A stretch of DNA of 63,447 bases, filler included, from Kipferlia bialata (lineage: Eukaryota), in assembly GCA_003568945.1 (NCBI GenBank). It is 4 parts of 4 records of this genome, joined end to end, with 100 filler letters (N's around TTAATTAATTAA, not from the genome) between each part and the next. Parts side by side here need not be neighbours in the genome. Positions count along the whole stretch, not along the records: positions 39,259 to 59,312 come from BDIP01000209.1; positions 59,413 to 63,447 come from BDIP01000283.1; 2 more parts are not named here. One strand, 5' to 3'. Position numbers and translations under genes: made by a program. Numbering within the stretch: the first letter of the stretch is position 1; each line of letters starts with the position of its first letter. The notes below the pieces were generated by a model that had not been told where the DNA came from, did not search any database, and worked only from the letters and a program-made list of their open reading frames with translations. This document shows, one piece after another, positions 51,789 through 63,447 of this stretch.

Positions 51789-52362
51789 NNNNNNNNNNNN
51801 NNNNNNNNNNNNNNNNNNNNNNNNNNNNNNNNNNNNNNNNNNNNNNNNNNNNNNNNNNNNNNNNNNNNNNNNNNNNNNNNNNNNNNNNNNNNNNNNNNNN
51901 NNNNNNNNNNNNNNNNNNNNNNNNNNNNNNNNNNNNNNNNNNNNNNNNNNNNNNNNNNNNNNNNNNNNNNNNNNNNNNNNNNNNNNNNNNNNNNNNNNNN
52001 NNNNNNNNNNNNNNNNNNNNNNNNNNNNNNNNNNNNNNNNNNNNNNNNNNNNNNNNNNNNNNNNNNNNNNNNNNNNNNNNNNNNNNNNNNNNNNNNNNNN
52101 NNNNNNNNNNNNNNNNNNNNNNNNNNNNNNNNNNNNNNNNNNNNNNNNNNNNNNNNNNNNNNNNNNNNNNNNNNNNNNNNNNNNNNNNNNNNNNNNNNNN
52201 NNNNNNNNNNNNNNNNNNNNNNNNNNNNNNNNNNNNNNNNNNNNNNNNNNNNNNNNNNNNNNNNNNNNNNNNNNNNNNNNNNNNNNNNNNNNNNNNNNNN
52301 NNNNNNNNNNNNNNNNNNNNNNNNNNNNNNNNNNNNNNNNNNNNNNNNNNNNNNNNNNNNNN
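51789..52362. other. Scaffold gap (574 N)
   Basis: Run of N without the stop-codon linker, flanked by poly-G. Confidence 0.95.
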
Positions 52363-52406
52363 GGGGGGCCCGGGTCTCTGTGCCCCCCCCCCCCCCCCCC
52401 CCCCCC

Positions 52407-52437
<31 letters not shown>

Positions 52438-52523
52438 CCTTACCCCCAGGTGGGCCTGTGCCTTTGTGTTCTCTCTCTTTCTCTCTATATTTCTCTCTCT
52501 ATATACATACCACTAACCTCTAG

Positions 52524-52616
52524 GTGGGCCTGTGCCTTTGTGTTCAGCCGGTACAAGGGCAGGGTGGACAGGGCATACATGCAGAGCTTCGTCAGGCAGT
52601 GCAAGCTGGCCCAGGT

Positions 52617-52647
<31 letters not shown>

Positions 52648-55600
52648 GCCATATCTCTCGCCTCTATTCCCATTTCTTATACACAGGACACCTTCAAGCG
52701 CCTGCAGGCCTCCGCCACCGCCAAGCGTCGTACCTCTGCCGCCATTACCATCCAGAGCTACGCTAGGGTGAGATAGTACCATACTTCCTCGTCTATATAT
52801 TGCTAGAATTATAGTACTACATGTATTTGTGCATACTCCACTCACTCCAGACCTACCTTGCCAAGAAGAGGGTCCAGCGTATGAGGGATGCTGCCCAGTA
52901 CATCCAGAGGGTGTGGCGCGGTACCTACGCCTTCCTCGGATACCGCTCCCTGGTACAGACCAAGAACATCTCCCGTTCCATCCTTTCAGACTGTATCCAC
53001 AACGCTGTCTTCAGCACTGGCGAGAGAGACGAGGCTGTGCTCAGGTACTCCCATTGTATATATATACCAGAGACTATTGTTGCTTGTTCCGTGGCCTCAC
53101 CCCTAGGATCCAGCGTGTCTGGAGAGGCTACCGTGTGCGGTGCCTCATCGCAGCCGCCAAGGCTGGGCAGGAGTTCCTCGGTGCGTCATATACATTTATA
53201 ATCACCTATGAGTATTGCAGTGTGAAGAGACCTAATCCTCACCCTTCAGGTGGTCCCATTGACGCCGAGGGCATTGTCAACCTGGTCAACCCCTCCCCCC
53301 CCTTCATGTCCCATGCCATCACCAGCCGTATCATCCAGGCACTCCTCACAGACGCAGACAAGCAGATGCTCGTGGACGCCCGGTACGTTGACTCCATCAC
53401 ATACATATATATACTTGAACATATACTTTTGACAATATTGTCTCTTACCCTCCAGCGTGGAGTCCACCAACCCTGTTTCCCTTGCCCAGGTCATGCCAGA
53501 CAGGGACAAGCAGGTCTCGTCGGCACAGCCCAGGTACCATAAAACTCCCATAATCACTTTCATCTCTATATTGAGTGAGATTATCGTCTCCTACTCACCC
53601 CTAGGATCAGGCACGGCTCCAAGGAGAGACCTACCTCGGCCGGGTCTGCCAGGAAGTTCGACTATGCCACTCGCATCCAGGTAAATTGATTCAACGAGAC
53701 TACCGGATTGTATTAGTGACTGATGCAGTGTAGCCTCCTTATCTCACCTTCTAGGCTGCCTGGCGTGGATACGCCGCCAAGAAGTGGTTCAACGAGTCTC
53801 TGCGCCGCAAGTACCTCAAGCAGCTGGGCGTGGACACTGACGAGAATGGCGCCATCATTGACCCATACGTCAAGGTCACCACAGGTTAGACGCTTTCATC
53901 ATCTTAACATGTCTCTGTTTCTGACTCTTTGATTCTTCTGCTTATGTTAAGATGATTAATTTGAATCATTAATCTAATGTATATTCTTTTGAACCCAGGT
54001 ATCTTTGGTCAGACCCGTGAGCAGTGGGCCAAGGAGCAGCTGAAGAAGGCACAGAGGGCAACTTCAGCCAGGTATGTTCCCAAACCCATATATATAGGCG
54101 TCACTCTCTTTTCATACCTTGTTGTACTTACTGTCAGGTCCAAGTACTACATTGCCCTCCCCAACGGGTGTCTGGCTGGCAAGTACAGACACAAGGGAGA
54201 CGCAAGGGCCAACGCAGCCTCGCCCGACCTCGATGTCGTTGCTGAGGAGTACTACGATAGGCACGCACACTCTTTTAGTATCTCTCTCCTTTATGTACAC
54301 ATTATAATGAAACAGATGTGTCTTTCTTACTCTCAGGATGGCTGACAACGCTGCCAACTCCCTCGCCCAGCTGGCCACGTCCCTAAACGTACATGTCTCG
54401 GAGCTTGTCACAGGACCGAAGGACGACAACTCGCGGATGGTCATGCAGAGCAGGATGCTGTCGAGGCACCCTCTGGTGGAGTCCATCCTCCCCGCCACAT
54501 CTGCGGACACCACCCTTGCCCAGTACTACATTGAGAGCACCCCTCTGGAGCTTCCCCCTGTGCCTAGCCACAAGAGAGCAGACAGAGAGAGCGCCCAGAT
54601 CACTAAGGTGAGACACCTCTCTCTCTCTCTCTCTCTCCCTTCACCCCTATTATGCACTGTGTCTAACCCCAGGCCCTTCGTGAGAAGGAGACTCTGCGCA
54701 AGAGGCGCCACCAGGAGTGGCAGTCGGATGTGTTTATCCCAGGCTACGACCACTCCCTAGCCGGCACTGTCTACAGGATCAGGCGCACTGAGTTCGACAG
54801 GGTCCAGGCTAAGTACGTATCGTGTCTATAGATTACCTCTTACACAGTACTCTTGGGGACATATCTTAGTATATAGTATGATACTCACTCCAGGCATGCC
54901 GAGTCTCTGGCCAGGGAGATGTCCTTCACCAGGAGCAAGCACAGGCAGTCTCTGATGGAGGAGTACAACCAGCAGGGCAGGAGCTCCATGTCTAGGTATA
55001 TACCAAGTATATACCAAATGGACTCATATCAAATGCTAGTGCGAGGGTTTTGTCTGAGTGTACCTCTAACCCCCCAGCCGTGGCGGCATGTCTCGTCAGT
55101 CCGGTGCCACCAGTGTCATGTCCCAGCTGAGGAGGCTGGACTCAATGACACCCTCTAGCGACATGGACGGACCTCTCCCCGTGCAGAGGCAGAGCTCTAG
55201 ACCTGCCCCCATGCGCCCCTCCCGCATGTCCACCACCTCCTACCCCGAGGAGGGGTATGCCGAGCAGGAGGCCAGGAGAAGACTCAAGGAGGAGCTGAGG
55301 GTGGATAGAGATGGGTGGGACACAGAGGGACCCGCTGCGGCATCTGTCAAGAGGTCTGAGGAGAAGGCAGCTGAGGCACAGCCAGACCCCTTCGGATTCA
55401 GCAGGCCCCCCAACACACTCGACCCCTTCCAGGTGTGTATGTGCCTCTTACATCTCTCTCTCTCTCTATATATATATCAGTTGTCTAATGATTCTTACCC
55501 TCAGGCTATGGAGGAGCGTGAGAGGGTCCGGACCCCTAGGCTACCCAGCAGAGATGTGCAGACTAGGCCCGCTAGGCCTTCTGCCCCCACCCAGGAGCGT

Positions 55601-56719
55601 GTCTCAGGGTGGCCGGAGGGGGAAGATAGGGTGCCTGAGAGGCCTATCGCCTCTAGGGAGGACGGATATGTCAGACCCGCCCGCCCCACCTCGGATGTCT
55701 TCAAGTTCGACAAGGTGGAGGACACCTCAGACGACGAGTCCTCTCTCGCTGATCCCTTTGCCAGAGAGGCCTCTGCTACAAGGAGGGACCCCTTTAGCTC
55801 CAGTGAGGTCCCCGCACCTGCGGCCAGGAGAGACCCCTTCGCCTCTGACCCCTTCGCCGATGGACCCCCTCTTATTGACCCCTTCAGTGCCAAGACACCC
55901 CCTGCCCCCAGCCCCTCTGCATTCAGCTTCGGAGGGGACGCCGCACCTGGTGCCCCTAGCCGCCCTGCAGCTTCTTCAGAGGCCGCCGATACTGGCGTCT
56001 TTAGCTTTGGAGACGCTGCCCCAGCACCCAAGGTTGAGGAGGACAAGGGAACTCCCTTCTTCTTCGACTCTGTCCAGCCTGCACCCAAGGCACCCCTGCC
56101 CCCTAGAGAGCCGAGGCCCCCTAGAGAGGCACCCAAGGGAGTCGTCAGGCGCCGCAGCTCTCTCGCCGCCTCTGAGACCTACAAGCCAGCATATGGTGCC
56201 CCCAGGTACATACTCTCTTCACACACACATATTTATATATTCTGAGCATTTCTACATATTACTAACCCCAGGAGCAAGCTCTCTGGCCGCACCTCCCGTC
56301 CCAGCAGTGACAGGGAGGACAACGGGAGAGAGAGTGGCATGGAGGGCTCCTCTGCGTGGGAGAGCAGCGATGACCGTGCCTCAGACTACGAGGCTGTCAG
56401 CGATGCCGTCTCCCGCACCGAGTCTGTGCCCTGGAGGTCGCAGCTCGGCATGCCCCAGCCCCCCACTCTGCTACACGTCACACACAGCGAGAGAGAGCTG
56501 AGGAGACAGGCCATCAGTGAGACGGAGAGGCTCAAGTCTAGGGGTCCCAGGCCTGTCATGATGACGTCACCCACATCACTCGCTAGAGGAAGTGAGAGCA
56601 GTGCACTCCGCTCTAGAGAGGGGTCCGCTCCCTCCCTGCAGCACCAGTACCCTACCTCCAGGGTGCAGCTCGCATTCAGAGAGGAGATGAGCAGCGACGA
56701 TGACTACACCGTGGAGTAA
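52524..56719 (+). CDS. IQ-motif protein with a disordered DPF-repeat C-terminal region, multi-exon, 5'-partial
   Basis: IQ motifs AAITIQSYAR/TYLAKK, AAQYIQRVWRG, IQRVWRGYRVR and ATRIQ/AAWRGYAAKK. Seven DPF tripeptides in 55385-55885. Stop at 56717-56719. Confidence 0.8.
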
Positions 56720-57201
56720 ATTGTATCACCACTTATTGTATTCATAGTGTATCTAATACGCTAAGGCTTGTATCCAACTCTCTGTCATACCCATTGACTG
56801 TATCCTACACGTTATATTCACAAGGCCAAACACACGCTGACCCACATCACACAAAGACAAGAAACATAGACACTGGACTGCATGGCACACAGAATGGAAC
56901 AGCACTGACCCCACTGACACTATGGGAGAGCAGGTGTGTCAATCTGGGAGGACGATGGCTGGGACACGGACTGGAGTGAGGCAGTAAGACATATGAATAT
57001 AGATATATATAGATATAGATATGAATATTTATGAATTGAGAGAGAGTAGTGAATCTGGGAGGACGAGGGCTGGGACACGGACTGGCGGTCAGGACAGAGA
57101 CGTACGGGACAGAGTATAACATGAAAGTGTGATACAACATATTGGTATGTAGGGAAAGAGAGAGAGGGGGGGGGGGGGATAGCTGCTCCAAGGAAAACCC
57201 C

Positions 57202-57236
<35 letters not shown>

Positions 57237-57556
57237 CCCCCCCCCTATCCCCCCCCCCCCCCCCAATCCACCATATATATATATGTATATATATGAGAGT
57301 ATATGTACATTCATGCCAAACTTTCCATTCGAGCTGCGGGAGAAGTGGGTGTTTCTGTCCTGGTCTCGATACTGCATTATACTTCTACTTAATACTGTGT
57401 ATACTGTCTTTAACGATGTCCTTGGTATTCCTATAAATATTTATAAGAGACTATTATTGCATTGTAATGTATTATTATTATGTATATGTATACTCTATAC
57501 AGTATGTAGTATATACTATACATGTTATATATATTACACTGACACCCCAGGTGTCT

Positions 57557-58831
57557 ATGGCACTAGACTATGTGATTGACTCGGTGGACAGACCAGAATG
57601 GGACAAAGTCAAGAGGTTGCCAGGTGTGGCATAATAGACAGTGTTGGGGGGTAACTCTCCTATCATAGTTATCTACTAACCTCTAGGATTCGTAGAGCAG
57701 ATACTCGATCTAAATGAGCCCTATCTAGAGTACCTAAGGAACAAGCATGGACTTGAGAATGTGGTTTCCCTAGGGCCCAACAGTGTCCTGGCTCTGACTC
57801 GGAAGTACACTGTCTTCCTCTCCAGGCCCTCCCCTGATGCGCCACTGGCGTTGGAGGGTAATATCCACCACCCTAAGCAAGGTTGGACAGTGTTGGAACT
57901 GGTGGTTGGGGGTGGCTTCGTAGTTGCACTGACTACCCCGCCACACAGACAGAGAGAGGGAGAGGGTGCACTATCTCTCAGTGTTCTGGACCTCGCCACG
58001 CTTGTGTGGGAGAGAGTCACCCCCACTCCCTCCTACCCCGGCCAGACCCTGTTCCATGACTGGCCGTGTCCTAGGAGGTACCCCACAGGTGTTGACGGGG
58101 ATGGTCACCTTGTTGTCATTGGGGGGTGGGGGTATGATACACAGAAGGGGAGGTGGGAGAAGAAACTGAGAGACACATGGGTGTTTGAGACAGAGCAACG
58201 TAGGTGGAGACGCTGTGATGACATTCCAGCCGATATGGGCCACCGTATCCATGCCTGCTCCTTTGGAGACTCTATCCAGGTGTTCTCGGACCACACACGC
58301 TACACATTCCACCTTGAGAGAGGGTGGGAGAGGAAAGACGACGTTCCTCAACTTGTTCCGGGGAGGGATTTCTCTTTCTATTGTTCACACATACAGGTAC
58401 TATACCAATATCTCTCCCTCCCTGCACCCGATAGTGAATTTCAATGATCTGACACGGCGTGTGCCCTCTCACCCTAGCGTTGTGGTCAGTACATAGTCAT
58501 CGCTGACCCATCCAAGGTATACACCTTGGATACCATCAGTGGAGAGTTCGAGGTTAGGGGCTTCCACTCTCTCTCAGGCGGAGGCTCCTGCAGTGTAGAT
58601 GCGGATGGTTGCCACATGCTCTCTAAGAGCCAGTGTGAGACAGTGCTCTTTGACCCAGGGTGGGTGTACCCTCACGACTCTCTCAAGTGGGCAAGGGGTA
58701 ACAGGATAACTGTGCTGATAGGGGGACAGACTAAGGAGGAGTACCGTCACTACTATGGTGTTCCCACTTACCGCCTGGAGGTCGACCCGAGGGGGAAGAA
58801 GCCACGGGATATGACTTTGTATCCATTCTGA
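57557..58831 (+). CDS. Kelch-type beta-propeller protein
   Basis: LDLATLVWERV..WPCPR, LVVIGGWG, DTWVFETEQRRW and DTISGEF; introns near 57623-57686 and ~58397-58490. Confidence 0.75.
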
Positions 58832-59312
58832 AGTGGGAGAGGGGAAGAGGGATGCCACTGAGAGGTATACTCGACAAGAAGGAGAAATAGATAGAGGAGA
58901 AAGATACAGACGCACCCAACGCTGTTTTTCTTTGCTGACCAAGAGATAAGCATAGGCGTCTCCGTCATACTTAGGATTTTTTTTGTTTGTGTTCGAACGA
59001 ACGGTCTGAGGGTCCACTTTTGGATGCTCATAACACACGCTGCTGCGTGTGTCATGTGACTGAAATCGAGTCATACACCAACTGAGGACTGGATAGGAGG
59101 ATACTTCCGTGCAAGAGTGAGAGAAGCGTTGTGTGGAAAAATAGATTACTGAACCCCTAATTTTTGAACGCCTCTATTACACGGTGTGTGACACTATACA
59201 CAAAATCTCTTTTGTAACTTTTCTCTCCACATTCCACTGCATATAATACACAGAAATGAGCGAATTCTAAGCATATGACCTTAAGAGATTTGGTAAATAC
59301 GCACTATTTCGG

Positions 59313-59412
59313 NNNNNNNNNNNNNNNNNNNNNNNNNNNNNNNNNNNNNNNNNNNNTTAATTAATTAANNNNNNNNNNNNNNNNNNNNNNNNNNNNNNNN
59401 NNNNNNNNNNNN
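59313..59412. other. Artificial contig spacer
   Basis: N-flanked TTAATTAATTAA at 59357-59368. Confidence 0.97.
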
Positions 59413-59846
59413 CGCCTCCCCCCCTCTCCCCCCCCCCCCCCCCCGCCCCCCTCTCTCTCTCTCTCCATTATTCCGCCTCTCCCTCTGGTCGCTGGTTATT
59501 GAGCATTACTGTACAGTTGAAGGTTCCTCTCCTGTCACAGTGTTCACCGCAATCTCTTCCACCTGTCCCACTAGTCACTCTCATTCCTCACTTCAGGACT
59601 AGACAATGGGTGAGGAGGGGGGAAAGAGGCCCCGTGGTGATATAGAGGGGGTTGGGGCAGTGCCCCGCATACATCCCAAGAGGAGGCAAGAGGGAGAGAG
59701 AGACGTGGCTGTGAAGCTAGAAGGTGGGAATGTTTAGCATACTCGTATTGGACCACAAAGGATGAATGCATCTGCTTTACACTAAATTCACAGGAACTGC
59801 GAGAAGAGTTAGAGCTACCTGTCCACGTACTTCCTCACATGTACCT

Positions 59847-61180
59847 ATGCTACGCGGATACTGGCACCCTGAAACTGACTACTTTACGCTCACTTCAGGC
59901 TCATTGGCAGCAGGACAGCGAGAGAGAGAGCCCGACACTGGCATAGATGTTGTGACAGGTACATCGGATACTGATACAAATAGTGTTATCAATGATACTG
60001 ATACTAACTACTGACAAGTGTGCTCTCTCTCCCACACGAGACATGTCCTCACTCCCTAGCAGCCGTGCTCCTATGTGCCCAAACAGCCAAGGATAGGCTG
60101 AGCAACAGCCAGGACTCTGCGCTGGACTGTGAAGTGCTGGACTGTCTAGACACTCTGATGGGAGAGGTGGCAAGACTGAGTCAGAGCGTGGCAGGTCTTC
60201 GAGGCAACCTGGCTGCTCTGAGACTGTCCAGTGAGGCATCCAACACAGCCCTCACCCAGGAGAGAGCGAAGTCATTCGCCATGGAGACGAGAGTGTTAGA
60301 GCTTCAGCTGGTAGAGAGGCGACTTACGGAGAGCCTCACTGCCGCGCATGAGAGAGAGAGACTCCTTAAGGAGAGGCTAGATACACCGAACGAGGGGGTA
60401 AGAGGTACTCCTGACCGCCAGAAGCCTGGTGAACCCCTCCAAGAGAATGTTGTGTCGCTGTCCAAAGCTGATCAGCAACTTCTCCAATCGGTATTGGCCG
60501 TGGCTCGAGTGGATGCCGCAAAGGTCACTGCCACGGGAAAGGCAGGGAGAGAGGTCAAGAGAGACGCACAGGGCACAAAGATTGCGCCCTTACCTCCCGC
60601 AGGCACCCTTGGGTACCGTGGCACCCTACGTGAGGGTCAGGATCTAACAGCAGCGCTGGGTGCGTTCACTGCTGCGCATGGAGGTGCCATGGTCAATGCC
60701 CCCGCGGCAGCCAAGGTCAAGTTCATCCGAGAGTGGTTTGTGGATGAGCGTCACCCTACTACTGCATGGGTGGGTCATTCCCTGGCAGACATCCAGCGGT
60801 ACATGGCATGCGGCAGAAACACCCTCTACAAAGGACGTAAGTGTGACCGGGATGGTCGGGTGATCAAGTCCCCCTACCCAGTTAGGATGGTAGGCGCCAG
60901 GGGCTCTATGCACGAGGGACACGACAGGGTACCTGCTGTCGAGTGGTATATGGCGCACTACCCTAGTGTTCGGCAGCCAGGTGCTGTGGAGACAAAGCGT
61001 CGTCTCCTGGCAGAGTGGTGTCTCGACCAGCGCACTGGGAGGCTAGGCATTGAGATTGAGTCTGTGGTCAAGCTGTTCCACGGTGGAGAAGGTGGAGAGA
61101 CAGGCCACGCACAACGTATCAGCACACGGCTCAATATTCCCCATTGGGTAGAGCAATCACCGGCAGAAGCAGAGTATTAA
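59847..61180 (+). CDS. Hypothetical coiled-coil protein with a possible C-terminal HTH
   Basis: Exon 1 ends at 59958; phase-1 intron 59959-60059 joins it in frame to a long exon. Heptad-rich segment LMGEVARLSQSV...ERLLKERL; SLADIQRYMACGRNTLYK resembles a helix-turn-helix. Confidence 0.65.
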
Positions 61181-61485
61181 TCTGATGATGCGTAGGGATC
61201 GATGCCCTAACCCAAGTGTTAAATTGCACTGAGCAGAATGAATATGAGTAATTGAGAATATGGTGACAACTATATTGTGTTTCTATTCTTTCACAGCATA
61301 TACTAAACAAATCATCCTTCTTATAGATTACTCACGATACACCCCACCCTCACAGGTGTCCGTCTACAGAGTGTACTGCACCGAAGTGACTCCTCAATTG
61401 GATTTCTCTGACAGTCTCTACATGACTCGCAATAGTGCATCTAGCTGAGCCTACTGTCTACTGGTGTCCGTACCAGTATCACCCC

Positions 61486-63396
61486 CTACTGGTGCCTGTC
61501 GAGGGTCTGGGCACTGATGCACTGGCCAAACTCATGCACAAGCACCTCCCAGGCCTAGGGGTGAGAGATAGAGAGACAGACATACAGAGAGAGAGAGTAT
61601 ATACACCCACCTGGTCACTGGACACCACCGCGTCCCTGAGCACCCTGGCCCTGACACCCCTCATGACACCCCTCACGGCCAGGCCCTTGCGGCAGAAGGG
61701 AGCCAGGGAGAGACGGAGGGAAACACACTGGGGGAGGGGGAGGGGGAGGGGGTTGGGGAGAGCTGCAGCGCCGTGGAGGGATAGACGGGCCAGGGAGAGA
61801 GAGGTGTGGGTGGAGACTGGCTCTCCGTCTCTCTCTCTCTCTCTCTCCCTCCTGGCAGACACATCAGACACAAGACCGGTCTCGGGGATAACCTGACGGG
61901 TCAGAAAGAGTAGCAAGATAGTGTCAGAGATTACGTGCATGTACATACATATACACCCTATACCTTGGGGTCTGCTCCCCCGCTGATGCCTAGACCGTTG
62001 ATACCGGCATAGACAGGGAGGGACACGGCAGAGACCAGCAGGGTGAGTGCCTTGGACAGCTGACTGATAGCACGGGCAGCACAGTTCACATGGGGGAGGA
62101 GGCCTAGGGGTCAGAGAGAGGGGGGGGAGAGAGAGACAGGTAGAACCCCCACCTGGTATCTCGTTGTCTGTGCCCCTTGTGAGTATGTCTGTCAGACCCT
62201 GGCAGCACAGAGCAGCTGGGGGGTGAGATGGGAGGGGGGGGGGGTCTAAGTACTATATAGGATATGGCCAACATACTAGACACACCCACCTAGCTCTGCG
62301 TGTGCCAGGCCGTCCTCCACCAGGAGCCTGGCCCTCTCCTTGATGACATACCGCTGCACAGGCCTAGGCAGAAGAGACAGCGCCCTGGGGTGAGCCTGAG
62401 AGCGAGATGGTGTATAGGTATAGTGGAAACCATATATACATACACTACACGTACCTAGCGAGCACCCTGACGTGTGTCAAGGGGTCCTTGGCTGTCTTGG
62501 CCAGTCTGCCTATCCTATCACCCAGGGACAGCTTGGAGGCATCGCCAGAGTCAGCGTCAGAGTCCTGGGGGGTAAGGGACTTACATATGGATACATAGAC
62601 ATACAGATATGACAGATATACACCACCGTACCTCTGTGTTGCGTGTGTACATGGACCCCCTCCTGCCACTCAGCCTGTCTGCCTCCCTGCCCTGCATCCT
62701 GCGTCTGGACAGGATCTCACCCACACTCCCCAGGTCACCGGCATCGGCCATGCCATACCTGGGGGGTGAGGCATATGTAGATATAGATATAGATACGTGT
62801 ATACATATATATACATATATCAAGGGGTGCTACGTAATCCACTCTACCGTACCTAGGCTCTGCCCCTGCGGTAGGTACAGTACCCCCCAGGGTGTGTGAC
62901 ACCCTGCCTGGGAGGGTGTCCCTGCCCCTGCCCCTGCCCCTCTTGGCACCCTTCCTCTCTCTCTCCTCCCTGTCCTCCAGGGCGGCCTGGGGATGAGAGG
63001 GTGTAGTCAATAGAGTAGTGATATATGTGTATATAACCAATGTCCCTCCCAGTCCTCCAGGGCGGCCTGGGGCCGAGACTACATATACATAATTATACAT
63101 GTTCTATTCCATACCTTGTGCCTCTGGTGCAGGCCGTGCTGTGTGTACTGCTTGACCTGGGTGGACTGGAGAAGGACAGAGGTCAGGGCGTCAGAGACTG
63201 GGGGTGAGAGAGGGAATATATGTGTATATGCATTCCACAGACTGACTAACGCAAACGTCAGGCATCTGAAAGTGTGGGTCAGAGAAGGTGGGATACAGAG
63301 AGAAGGACAGAGACAATTGTGATTGACAATATGTCCTGTGTACCTGGCAGAGCACTGAGTATCCTGAGCTGGACAGCGGCAGTGGCAGCATCCCTA
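61486..63396 (-). CDS. Hypothetical multi-exon helical protein, 5'-partial
   Basis: About ten in-frame exons, e.g. VSDALTSVLLQSTQVKQY.../ALSLLPRPVQRYVIKERARLLVEDGL/.../AWEVLVHEFGQCISAQTLDRHQ*. Confidence 0.65.
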
Positions 63397-63404
63397 GAGT
63401 AAGA

Positions 63405-63447
<43 letters not shown>

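Noticed and set aside
52524..53900. Myosin heavy chain
   Set aside because: Only IQ motifs are visible, with no motor domain, and the upstream gap appears too small to hold one.
54246..54337. Second GC-AG intron (AG|GCACGC) in the IQ gene
   Set aside because: An in-phase GT donor (GA|GTACTA) lies 12 nt upstream, so the call cannot be made without cDNA.

Overview
Eukaryotic, intron-dense genomic DNA. Short GT-AG introns have a branch point fused to the acceptor, and GA/TA microsatellites and poly-G/C tracts are common. Gene content and style suggest an anaerobic fornicate protist such as Kipferlia bialata (inference, not verified). The window is four contigs joined by artificial 100-nt N-TTAATTAATTAA-N spacers (18168, 39159, 59313), plus one 574-N scaffold gap. 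Recognisable genes: a type I membrane protein, a TM2-like membrane protein, a ZIP transporter N-terminus, a two-NBD ABCA transporter, the 3' end of a class III anaerobic ribonucleotide reductase (nrdD), a frameshift-split RING-H2/MORN gene, ADAT3/Tad3, a very large BEACH-WD40 protein, an IQ-motif/DPF-repeat protein and three kelch-like propeller genes. There are also several orphans, including a ~6.7 kb multi-exon gene not evident from the ORF track. The most striking pattern is that many introns carry diverged copies of the adjacent exon end together with its splice site. Exon boundaries were read by eye and many are approximate.
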